The notes under the pieces were generated by a model that did no database searches, had not been told where the DNA came from, and saw only the letters and a list, made by a program, of their open reading frames with translations. From Rotaria socialis (taxonomy: Eukaryota), in contig CAJNYD010000407.1 in assembly GCA_905331295.1 (NCBI GenBank), positions 186,001 to 250,000 of the forward strand: a stretch of 64,000 nt of DNA, in the 5' to 3' direction. The position numbers and the translations under genes were made by a program. Positions 44,401 through 57,443 of this stretch are shown one piece after another (position 1 is the stretch's first letter; every line of letters begins with the position of its first letter).

Positions 44401-46663
44401 TTTTCAAGATGATACCAATCCAACATCACCTCCTGCTATAAATTCAGCTAGTGGAGCTAACCGAAAAGATAGTACTGATATGGTTATAATAACAACCAGT
44501 GAAAGACGAACAAGTCCATCGGGAAGTGTTTCATCAACCAACGATAGTGGATATTCAATTTCTCCTGCAAGTCCAAGTAGTTTACATGTAAAAAAAGAAT
44601 AAAGAAATGCTAAAGAAAAAGAGAAAATGATTAAAATGAAAATATTTATTTTAAAATCAATTTAGATATCAGATTGTGATTATGAGCAATTAAAACTTCG
44701 GTCAATATCTCTTGAACAATTAGGTGAAAATGAACCAGGTGCGAGCATAAGCAGATGCAATACATTAAGATGTTATCCAGCTAAAGTACCTGAATTAATA
44801 CAAAATTGTTGTGATTATTTAGAAAAAAATGGTAAATATTATTGATTTTTGTTTTCATTAGAATAACAAAGAAGAAACAAGTTTTTGTATATTATATTTT
44901 AGCATTACAAACAGTTGGTCTCTTTCGAGTTGGTGTATCAAAAAAACGTTTGAAGGAAGTAAGTTTCAAATGTCAAATTACTCAGAATAGCTAGAAGCAA
45001 ATGTCACTATAATATTAACTTAGTTATTTATTAACAGTCAATATTGAGAGAGAACAAAGATCAAAATGAGGAAAAATTTTATTTTTTATTTTAGCTTAAA
45101 GATCAAGTTAACTTAAACCGTAGTTTAACATTTGACGTATCCACCAATGCACATGATATAGCAGGTTTAATTAAAGAATTTCTACGTGAACTACCTGAAC
45201 CATTATTAACACGTGATTTATGTTCACCATTTCTTAATATTCCATCAAGTTAGTATTTATATGAAAGCTAAATATAAATATAGAAGTTTTAATATATATA
45301 TATATGTATGTATTTTTTCTAAAATTTGTCTTGCCTAGAGCTTAATCCAAAAGATCAATCACGTGCTCTTTCATATCTTATTGGTTTATTACCATCATCA
45401 AATCGAGATACATTATATACATTGCTAAAATTTCTTTATCATGTTTCATTAAATTCTCAAGATCGTTATTCAGCTGATGGGAAAATTCTTGTAGCTGGTA
45501 ATAAGATGGATACAGCAAATTTAGCAATTGTTTTTGCACCAACAATACTCATGGACGGAAAAGCACCGGTGATATCAAGTAAAGATATGAGTGTAGCCAT
45601 GAGTGCTGATCAAATGGAACAAGGAAAAACTGTTTTGAAAATGATGATTGAACAGTATAAAGAACTTTTTGTGGTAATTTTATATTTCAAAAATTAAATC
45701 ATCTATATACTATGTATTGTGTTCAGGTATCGAAAGATTTACATAATCAAGTATGTCTTGCATTAAATGAATCAGATAGCACTCAATTGATGAGAGCATT
45801 AGCATTTAAATTACAGAAAGGCTGTGGGTAAGTAAAACTAATACTGATAATTAGTATAGTGAACATATATATATATATATGTATGTATTTATGTATGTAA
45901 TTGTTTCATATCTCGCTTTAGTATAACTTCTATGCAGTTAGATGAATCAAATGAGCATCTATTAATGTCACTTGATTTAACGCCACTCCTATGTGAAACA
46001 CCAAATGCAACAAGTAGTATTTTGTCGTCAATCATTCCTCAAACAAATCGATCTAATCAACAACAGCCAGCACTTCGCCGATACAATCATCGACGTAATT
46101 CAGATTTTCCATGTTCATCAACACATGCGTCACGTTCATCAGAATTTCTTCAAGTACCAATGTCAGCATCACAACAACGTCTTACAAATCATAGTCAACA
46201 ATTATTATCGAAATTACCACGAGTACGTGATATACGAGAAGCAAGTATGGATCAAATCATTTTTCGTGTAATTGAACCAATGTCATCTGTATCTAATCAA
46301 GAACAAGATCAAGAACGAGGACAACGATCATTAAGACATCCAACTGAGCCTATTATAAATATAAGTTCTTTCGATGAAGTTATATCTTCATCTATTATAC
46401 GACCGAATTCACTCGATATTAAAGAATCGCCTCCATCACCACCACCATCACCAATTCTACGAACTGCTGCTGCAACATCAGACACTTCGCTTTTACGAGA
46501 AATAAAACCATATTCACGTTCAAAAACAGCTCCACTTTCAACCTCGTCCGGTTCACAACATTTCTTAAGTGTCAAACGTCGAGAAGCACGTGATTTATGT
46601 GGATCGAGTTCGAACGATGATTCACCATCGCCAACTAGTGGTCATCATAGTACTCTTGTCTAA
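41474..46663 (+). CDS. ARHGAP6: Rho GTPase-activating protein, ARHGAP6/36-like
   Basis: Ser-rich exon 41474-42409; exon 43125-43293 (LSSIELHNLTYAEHKQLKRLILQRLQSSQYDLSVPIHVPK) resembles the ARHGAP6 pre-GAP region; VFGVAL, arginine finger TVGLFRVGVSKKRLKE, HDIAGLIKEFLRELPEPLL, NRDTLYTLLKFL, GNKMDTANLAIVFAPTIL. Confidence 0.88.
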
Positions 46664-47710
46664 ATGTATATTCATATATAAATAAGTATATATATATATA
46701 TATACAATTAATTAAAAATCAAAAAAAAATCACATTCTATTTATGTTGAATTACGGATTTCCATAATAATCAAATACTAGTTCAATATTTTGAGTATGAC
46801 ATTTCAATAAGTTGATTGAAGGATTTTTTGTCGACTTCTTTATTTTTATATACATATTTGATCGTCATTTGTCTTCTTCTGTCCCAAACAAATATCAAAC
46901 GGGAATGTTAATGTTGATTTTTGCACTATCGCTTCATTACTCGACGTAGAGTATGTACAAACGATGCTCGACCGGATATATTACCGCCTGTGGATAATCT
47001 ACTAGTTCTATCATCTTACGGCAAGATATTCGACAGAAAATTATCTTTTTTCCCTTTCGATATAACACATCTGTTTGCCATTTCAGATGAACAAATCTTT
47101 TTTTTTTATAACTAATGATAGCAGATTTACTCTCTTATTGAGTGTTCTCTATCAGTATGCTCATCTACTTCATAAGATAATAACCATATGGGAATAAAAA
47201 TTAAGAGGACTAATAGAAAATAGACAATGGTAAAAACGAAATACTGTACAGAATGTTGCAAAGACATGTTTCACCAGCTCTTTAGTTAAGTATCTGATCA
47301 TGGATTCAAAACTTCTTGTCAACATTGGTGCTCTCTGTCTCTCTCAAACAATGCTCTTATGCTTTCAATATAATGAAGTTGCGAATGTCAGCCTTTAAAA
47401 TCTTATTTCATGATGCTATCTATGCTCTAGTTTCAACACAATCAAAATTCTATTAGCAATGTTGTATACGATTTCAGATAGCTGATATTTAATTTTTGAA
47501 AGTACACAAAGTCAGATACCATTTTAAATGATAATATATCCAAAATTGAATGAAATCACAAGCTTCTGGCAATATCATACGACCATAGAAAAGATGGCAG
47601 CGTCCGAGAACAATGGTGTATTTCCATACTAATGAAATTTCAAAAGTTGCTCTGGACAAATCTTGACACACTAACTTTCATTTTATAGATCATAATCATA
47701 TGAACCAGCA

Positions 47711-47943
47711 GTGTCACATATCCAAAATTTTGGAGATGCCACCACATCTCCCGCGGGAGACGCCGTATCTCGCGCGAGAGATGTGAGTGTGGGTGTGGGG
47801 GATGCGCATCTCTAAAGGAGATCTTACATCTCCAGTGGTGAATGACCGGATCTCCCGACTGTGGGTGTCACGCCTCCAGCGGGAGACGCGGCATCTCCTG
47901 TGGGAGATGTGGTGGCATCTCCAAAATTTTGGATATGTGACAC
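47711..47943. mobile_element. GC-rich foldback/MITE-like element
   Basis: 42-bp perfect inverted repeat gtgtcacatatccaaaattttggagatgccaccacatctccc, extending imperfectly to ~76-bp arms; no clear TSD. Confidence 0.8.
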
Positions 47944-50243
47944 CACTCTAGAAATCTTCGAAACGGTATACTTGTCAAGTATTGAAATGGTGACATTTCA
48001 ATAGAAATATCCTGGGATTTAAATGGTGCTATGAATTGGGCAACAATGAAAACAGGACGCAAAATTATCTCACATTTTAGTTTCATCTGAATGTCCAAAT
48101 AGAATCAACGTTAAAATGAAACCGATTCAAAAAGTAATAAATCCCTTGTGCTTGAATAAAGACGATATGAGCTCGAAAGCTGTCGATGAAGTTCGATATT
48201 TCTGACAAGTTTTTGCCAAAAATTAAAACTTCGGATGTCATCGAAATTGTGTCACTCTTGGTGAATGATCTTGAATTTTGCAAAGAAAAAGATTGCAAAA
48301 ATAAATGTCATTGTATAAAAATAATTTCTTTTTAACAAAGATTAGTTTACTAAAAAAAAACAAGTTATTTTTATGTATTATATATTGCCAATGATGAAAA
48401 AGGTTTCGTCTCTTCTTATTTACTAGAAACACGCGTGATGATCGACAACGATGGCATATAAACCAAAGTGCAATCATAGTCGTGTAGGTCTCAAATACGA
48501 TGGTCAGATCCGATCGTTGTTAGCATAGTTATAGTTTTGTTTTTGTTCATATCGGCAAGAATCACTATTTAGGACTAGCAACTATGATTTAATCTCAAGA
48601 TAAATCTTCTTACTATATATATCGTGATGAAATCAGCGATGTAGATGCAAAGAGAAGGATCTATGGCTATAGTTATATGCATAGATGATAGGGCCATTAT
48701 TTCCAGATGATCATCAGATTCAATAAAAATATTTTTCACGCTGAATTTGAATAGACTTTTCAAAGACTTTCATTTCCTATAAAAATTTCTTTGACACAAT
48801 TCGTGTTGATAGAGATGTGTACATAATCGTGTATAGACAGTCATTCGAACTTAGGTCAATCGGAATGGGTGCGGTAGAGAGAAAAAACAAAAGGATTTTC
48901 GAGAAACATCACAATAATGCTTGGCAACACTTGCATTCTTTGATATTAGAATAGTGATAGATGGATGAGTGAGCTTTCCTTTTTTTGAACAAATCTTGTT
49001 TTCGAACTTTCTTAGTTTGAATCCTGTGAATCATTCAATTTGAGGCTGACTTGTCAACGCTATCTGTTAGAACAAGGTAAAATCCTTCGATTGAAAAATT
49101 TACGAATCAGCTGTTTATTACCAGCTGTGCTTGTTAGACTATTCGATTGTATCGTGTTTCACATAACGTAGATAAATCTATTAGCGCTATTAAAAAAGAA
49201 ATAATTTTGCAGAATTTCGAGCAGTGAACTTTTCATAAAAGAAAAATATCAATCTAATACATTGAAAAATCAAAAACAGTGTTGTGAGAATTTTGATAAT
49301 TTCATTTATGCTATAGTATCCGTTAGTTTTTGCAGTTCCAGCTTTTAATTAATCTAATTAATTTCTATCATGATGACAAAGCTTTGATCGATCACCAACT
49401 ATTATGTTGGCCGAGAAATATAGATATAGACCTGTCAAAATGTATTCAACCAATGGTAAACTTAATAGAACAAGATACTACATGCAATCATCAAATAGCT
49501 GAACAATGCATTGATTGAGTACAAAAAATGTAAAACTGAAAATAGACTAGTTCTATTGAAATAACCATTGATGAAAGAATGTTCAAATTGTTCGCTATTC
49601 ATTTGTGTGTTAAATGAAAGATCAGGATTGATTATTGCTAGAATAACAATAAATCTATTCTCGTTTATATCAGTTAAGATGCCCATGAATGAATGATATA
49701 TGCTGTATTAAAAAATGGTTTGCTGAAATTAATAACATCAATTCATGATTCTACGATATGAAGATATTCACTCTTCACATTGCCTTTGCTCACTGTATCT
49801 CATTGAAACGTTTCTATATTTTATAATTTTGAGAAAATAAAACTAGACTACGCCCTTGTTATTCAAATCGATGTAATAGTTTTTTATTATCTAAATAGAA
49901 AGAGATTTCATTAAGATTTCTGTCATCGATACTACTGCGAAGTACAATCAATGAGACAAAAATAAGTGTTCCACATATAAAGAAAATAAACTATGACAAG
50001 GAAATAAATAAAATAAAATACTAGCAAAAATGTTTCAAGTGAAAATTTCGCCGTTGAGATGCCTAGTTAAACTATACTAAGCAAAATGAAGACTGGGATT
50101 CTTAATATATAGATAGATTGACAAGAAGTTGACATTACAAATGTTAAGAACTTGAAGAAAAAAAGAAATTTTCAATCAGAAAGCTTGTCTAAATAATGAT
50201 ATAAATGGGCAAAAGTTAAAGAGAATGATGACTAATATAATGA

Positions 50244-51106
50244 TTAAGATTGTTCAAGTTCGATTAGTACTCCACCACAGTCTTTTGGATGAAGAAATAT
50301 AACTGGTTTACCGTGAGCCCCAATTTGAGTTTTCTCACTGAGTGTTCGAATCTTTTGATTTCGAATATCTTTTATTGCAGCTTCAATACTATCAACCTGA
50401 AAGTAAAAAGTCACGTGAATAATAACATACAAATAGAAAAATTAGCATTAAAATGTACTTCAATGCAAACATGATGAATTCCACCGTTCTTGTTTTTTTT
50501 TAAGAAATTTGCAATTGGACTATTGTCACCAAGTGGATGTAGAAGCTAGAGAAAATTAGTTTCTGCATGAAAAATATTCAGACGTTACTAAAAATAACTT
50601 ACTTCTATTTTAGTATTGCCAAATTCAACAAAAACTGTATAAACACCATGCTCTTTTTGTGCTACAGCTCCACTAACGGATTGTGCTCGAAGAACATTTT
50701 TAAAAAAACTACTTGCTTCATCTAAATTTATTGTGACATTATATTGAAGTGGTAAATTGAATCTCTATTGGTTTCTTCATAAAGGATTGATAAAAATCCT
50801 AACACTATCAATCTTACCTAAATTTGGAACAGCAACAGCCAAATGATTCAATCTCCCAAGTTTCCATAAACCTTTTGGTACATTTGCTGAAAGCTATAGT
50901 AAATAATTAAAATAGTATATGTTTCAAAATCAATACTCTTGTTTAGTTACAGATGAGTTATCAGCATCTGTTGATTTTGAACGAACATTAGCCAACATCA
51001 TCGTTGGACGAATTACACGAGGAAAAATCTATAGGGCAAAAGAAAAATTTCAGGGTTACTTAAAATGATTAGCATAAAATTTTACTTGACGAAAATTGTT
51101 GAGCAT
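50244..51106 (-). CDS. MCEE: Methylmalonyl-CoA epimerase, mitochondrial
   Basis: WKLGRLNHLAVAVPNL, EHGVYTVFVEFGNTKIELLHPLG, GGIHHVCIEVD, IGAHGKPVIFLHPKDCGGVLIELEQ; Arg-rich N-terminal presequence; short introns. Confidence 0.96.
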
Positions 51107-51583
51107 ATTTTTATTTTATTAATCAATAAATAATAAATCTGAAAATAAAAATATAAATTAAATAACCTTATTAGTTTATTAGAATTATTTTATTTTATTT
51201 TAATTACTTAACACAGGTTGGCAAAGCTATACCTGTAACCTATTCAATTGCTACTGGTCATGCATAAAGTGTGCATAATAAAATCAGTGCTTATTTTTCT
51301 TTTTCTTTTCTATACATACATAACAAGTATTTTTCTGATCAAAATTCCATAGATTAATAAAAAGCCTAATTTAATTCTTAAGCAATGCCAAATTTTCTCT
51401 AACAAATTGATTTGTTCAATTACAAAATATTCTACAAAAAAAATTGATTATTTTCATGATTATGTGCTGATATTGCACCGGCTGAAAGTCATTCAACTGA
51501 ATAAAACAAACAAAGTGTGAAAAATAGATGTAAATAAAAACCAACAAACAAACAAATAAATAAATAAGTTTTTTCAATCGTTT

Positions 51584-54500
51584 CTATGGTAAATCAGATG
51601 GCGTTGGTACATACAGTATTCCGGTTGTTTTAAAAACATCGATGCCTTTATGTAACAGACATACGCGCGAATGATTATTTGCAATTAAATTATTTGTAAA
51701 ATCAACTGTTTGCTTATGATTTTTATTGCCAATAACAACTTTGACTAATGAACGATGTTTCTCAAGTAATTGTTGTAAACGATTATCAACTATACGAATT
51801 TGATTATCGAATGCTTTATCATACGATACATTAACACTTGATGGTAATGCTGCTTTCATATATTCATCTGCTGAACGAATATCTATAAGAAGAAGTTTTG
51901 ATGTTTTTAAACTTGTTGTTTGAACTCGAAGATCATTTAATTCAACTATTTCATTGGCTGATATTCGTGGACAACGTTCTGATTTCAGATCAGATAATGG
52001 AAATGGATCCATGTCCTAAAATTAAGATAAAGAAGCAAATATTTAACAAGAACAAAAATAATCATACAAGATCATTATTTATTTGATAACTTGTAATATC
52101 ACTTGCGTGCTCTCGATAAGTGCATGAACGTGGAGTTGTAGCAAATATATCAATTGAATCACGTATACAACGTTCAATATCGATTTCTAGAAGAAAAAAA
52201 AAGAATTATTCTTGTTTATCATGAACGTAATAAAATCATACCAGGTAATTCAGAAAATAGTAAAATACATTCATTAAAATCAGCTTTTAATAAAAATGGT
52301 CTAAGTTGCGATAATATAGCCACGCCAATACAAAGTGGAAATGGTGAACCACCAAGTAAAAGCATATCCCATAGATGAAAGATTTTATTTAATGGAAATA
52401 CATCTAAATTAAATCAACTATAGTAATTAGAATACTTTTAACATATAAAAACGAGACGATTCAGTAATTTAATATGCTCGAGAATAAATAAAATTTTTAT
52501 TGACAACACCTGTAATTAAACAACAATTATTTATCAACAAGATATAAGGTCGATACCTTCTTTTTCTTTGCCTTTGAACCAAATCAAATCGAGATTGATA
52601 AGCAAGTAAACACATGCATTCAAGGATCAAATTACATAGAATCGATTCATGTTGTTAGGAAACTGAACTGACTCTTTCTCTACTACCAAATTGTAACAAT
52701 ATTTTCGATTTTTTTTCCTTTCTACTAAAGTCAATTTCATCCTGTCAAGGCAAACAAGTGAAATGAAGTCAATGTAAAGAAAGATGAATCGATTTCTTAT
52801 CTCTCCTAGACGACATGGCATTTTAATGAAAATCTCATTTGTTTTTGTCAAAACTTATTTATAGATTCTGTAGAGTTTTACTATAAACATTGAGATATTT
52901 ATTCGATCGAAACCTTAATCCGAAATGATTAATTGAAACTCTCATATACATATACTAAAATTTTGATGTACGTTGCCCGAGATTATATTATGAAGGTAGG
53001 TATAGAGAGCTCGTCATACAAAAAAAAACTTAATCTTTAGTATTGATGAATGACTATTTTATTCTAGTTTTACTATTAATTTCAATAGAAATCATTCGTC
53101 AATATGTACCAAGAAAATATTTCTATTTGTTTTCATGAGAAAATTTCATGAATTAACTAGATGGTATTCAAGTTTTACTCGAATACGAAATGCGATGTGA
53201 AGCTTGAATCGGATCTTCATGAAAAATCTACGATTCAGATAAATCTTGAATACTTTTTATGTCGACATAATGAAATTCATCACTGAGAAAACTCCATTCT
53301 TACTTAGCGATACATTCTCAAAGATCGATTTCGATTGAACAATTAATTATCTCTATGATTCATTATCTTAGATCAGCTGTGGATGAAAAGACCATAGTTG
53401 TTAACATATGTTAATGGCGTCATTTTAATTATCGTAAACTTAGAAAGCACAAATTTCTTTCATTTTCGTCATTTTGGAACGACATTTGTGACTGAATGGA
53501 ACTTCAGATTGACGTTTCGAAAACAGATGTTAAAAGTTCCATCTTGATACTTTCATCTCCCGTTTCAATGACTTTTCTATGATTTTCGGTTCTCGAGATT
53601 ATTGCACAACAAAACGACGAGATGTGATGCGTACGTCGAGAAAGTAAAAGAAAAGAAAAACTCGCGACGAACTACAGAAATGCTTCTGCTTCTGCTTCGC
53701 ATCGCATTAATTATTCTAGGCTAATTAAACTTACGTGCAAAAACAGTTAGAAACCAAGGAATAGCATAAAGATCTGGAATAAATCCAATTGTTTCCAATC
53801 GATTTGATAAATCCGGATGGTGGAATGCAATTAAATGAGAGAAAACAACCAGATATTCTATAGTATAAAAAATAGTTGTTGTCTTCTTCTTTTTTTTTTA
53901 AATTTTCCTACCATTAATTATTAAAGAATTATCTTTTAAAAAAAAGTTATTTAAATATTTTGGAATAAAAGCTGTTAGTGAAGCGTAAGCAAGTGCTTCG
54001 TTATTAAAATTTAAGTAAACAAATGGTGCACATAATGAATCAAGACCTTGCCAATAAACTAAATTTGGATGGCTAGCTATCCAACCCTAGAAGAAAATAA
54101 CAACAACAAAGATGTTTAATTATACTTAGTTAATATCAAATTTCGATATGAAAATTACTTTTAAAACATTTTTCATCTTTCTATGACCTTCAGGTGATGA
54201 TAAACGCTCATCATACTGATGACAACGTGGAATATCAACTTCTATTTGACGTATGACTGTTGGTGCAATATTATCTTTATTAATTCGATTATAGACATCA
54301 TTGACATTGCCCTAGAAAACAGTAAAATTTAAAGATTTCGTTCGCTTTTACATTAAATTCTTACAGAAATTTCCAGCAATGCTGCCCAAACAAATGCACG
54401 ATACATGGGCGGAATATCTTTTCGTGCTTCCGTATATAATCGTTGTTTTTGATACGGATATGATGCGAGAAGACGTTCAAATAAAATTAAACGATGACAC

Positions 54501-57322
54501 TAAATAATTAAACGAGAATTCAAAAGGTTTCAATGTTAATTTCTTTTTCATTCATTCTTACTTGATATTCAAAATCATTTTCACGAACAGCTAATGGTTG
54601 TCGTTCAATAATTTTATCAAGTTCTTCTTGACGTTTTTCAAATTCTGAATCACTAATAAAAATAACGAGAAACAATATTTCTTTGAAATTTCTTGTTTTC
54701 GTTTTTTTAAATTACCCTCCTTCTAGTAGTGGATGAAGTATCTCAATAGGCATTTCATTAAAACGATTTTCAAGTTCTTGTAATGAAAGTTGAAATGATG
54801 TGTCATCAAATAAAGTATTTACATCCCGTTGAAGTCCATATACGTCGCCACGATCAGTTACAAATCTAATCGTAAGTAAATTTTAAAAGAATGAAATTTT
54901 TGTTTTGAAAAAACATTTTTCTCCTACTTTGATATTTTACTAATTGATGGTGAAATTTTAATAAGACCAGCATTTTTTAATACAGCTATGAGATCACCAC
55001 CTGCTAATTTCCATAAATAATAAATTTGATCGATTGTTCGGCATCGAAACGGACTAGCTGATTAATAAGAAACAGATACACCCGTTTCTTGGTTAAACAA
55101 AAAGAAAATAAATACTAACTATCAAGATTTTTAAAATCAATTAAATCTAAATTATGATCAAGCACAGGAATAACACCATCAAACAATGTCAATTGAAATG
55201 AACGTGGAATAGGTGAAATATATGGTTTACCACCAAGTTCTGCCAAAAGTTCCACAAAAGTGGGTCTATTAGAATAAATAAAAATTCATGAAAATTAACT
55301 TATTTAAATCATTTTTTATTTTACTGTAAACATATAGAGGTAACCACATATATATTTATTTATTTATTTATTAGAAGAATCGGAAGGAAAATAGGATTTC
55401 TTTTGTCAAAAATACGAATTCGCAGGATTATAATGTCCTGTACAGAATGTTAGAGGGTTTTAGGGTGCGATTATAGCTTACGTTGAACGTATCTAATCAA
55501 GAATATACATTACGTTTCTTTGTTACTAGTAAATAATAATTTGAAATATGTCTCCTTTTTTTTATCACTCAACGCTTTAAAGAAATTAGAATGTGTCGTG
55601 CCGTCTAATTTTTTATTTTATACAAAAGTAATATTGAAAACTCGAAGCTAAACGATTTCTGTACAAGTGTAAGTATTCTAATTGTGTAGTTTTATTTAAT
55701 GCTATGCACTATCAATAGTCGATAGGTTTTCAAAAGGTTTATTTGATTATCACATTCTATGCTAATATCAGATTTGATGGCAACATAGAAAATAATGATC
55801 TGTTAATATGAACTTATTTCGCAAGAGAAAATTGAATTAATCAATACCCTAGAAAATGAAACTTAGCTATAAAAACAAATAAATTTTAATAGTCTCGTCG
55901 CTATTTATCAAACTCTCTTTTTATCTTTCTGAACTGAATATCTCTCTCTCTCTCTCTCTCTCTAATAGAAAATTCTTTATAATAGAGATATTTGCCATAA
56001 GAATTTTCTTTAATCGGATTCAGTAATAACATCAACACTACATTGATCTATCTATTTCATAAATCTACAAATCAATTTACTTGTTTACTGTTTATCACTC
56101 ATCAATATATCTTTCAGTTTTTTTTTCTCCAAAATTGAAAAATAAACTAGCCTATCTTGAACTTGAACATTCAAACATTTTCTAATAATAGGTAAAAAGA
56201 ATTGCGTCGTAGTTCTTTTTAAGCGTTCGTCTTGATCCAGTGTATTTTGACGTAATAAAATATCTAATGCGCTTCGGACATTTAATTTTAAACATCGAAC
56301 ACTTGTTGACATCGGTACAGCAACTGACTGCTTTCCATATAAACGCTGGCCCTAAAATAAACCATAAAAACAAAAACAAAAACGTTAGTTCTCTTCTCAT
56401 CTATTTATTATGGAAATTTTACCAAACATAATTCAAGAAGAATAATACCAAATGACCAAACACAACTTTTAGCATTAGCTGGATCATTGATTTCAATTTC
56501 ATGATGACCATTGCCAGCTGTAACCAAATTTTTAAATGTAAAATCAAGCGCAAAACATTCGGGTGCTAAATAAAATGGATCACTAAAACAAAAACCCTCG
56601 CTCCTATGAATGATAAAATATTCAATCATCAAATATACCCAACAGGAAATGAAACACATGTAGCATATTGTGTCATATGCCATAAGCCATAATTTTGTAT
56701 TTTAACTATTTGATCCTAAATTAAAGAACAGATATGACAAATGAGACATTCTCAAATATATATATATTGTAAAAATATTACTGATTGTGTTAAGCGAATA
56801 TTTTTTAAAGATAGATTTCTTGCATGTAGTTGTTTTTCTTGTAAATAAATTAATGAATAAAGAATTTGATGTGACCATTGTTGCATTTGTTCAACGCTTA
56901 ACAACTGATTTTCATTTATTAACGATTCAAAACTTCTTTCATAATGTTCACTAATAACAAGTAACCGTTCTAAAAAAGGTATAATATTTAAAAAGAAAAT
57001 TGTTTTCCTTTTATTCTTTTCGCATATGTACAACTTAAATTTATCTCGGTTTTTTCATCTGACTGAGAGAAAAATATTCTTTAGTTCAGACATCTACGAT
57101 ATATATATATATATATATTGAGCTTTGTTTACCGTGTGTTCCTTTACGAATATCAATATATCGACAGAGATTTGGATGTTCTATAGTTTTTAAATATTGG
57201 AAACGTCCAATAATAATAATTGAATTCGGTGTTAATGGTAAACCATTTGCGCCACATTGATCATTAGCATGACTACTGGCTACAAATGTGTTTACACCTA
57301 GATGATCATTATTGACTAACAT
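51584..57322 (-). CDS. TBCK: TBC1 domain-containing kinase (pseudokinase-TBC-rhodanese)
   Basis: [98 protein letters not shown]-terminal rhodanese-like [12 protein letters not shown]...RVCLLHKGI. Confidence 0.96.
53515..53710 (-). mobile_element. Possible Helentron/HINE-like non-autonomous element end in TBCK intron
   Basis: Minus strand ttaatgcgatgcgaagcagaagcagaagcatt, then a (CTTTT)n tract and aataatctcgagaaccg; resemblance only. Confidence 0.35.
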
Positions 57323-57443
57323 AATTTCTTTCTAGAAAAAAAAGAGAGCAAAAAAAAGTCAATTGTCAATATATTATCAATACAAATCTATTTATTTAAT
57401 AATAGAAAAGAAAAAGAAAATATCTGATTATTAAAAAAGAAAT

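Noticed and set aside
49330..49686. Short ORFs possibly from a decayed or horizontally acquired gene
   Set aside because: Interrupted by stops and no family recognisable without a search.
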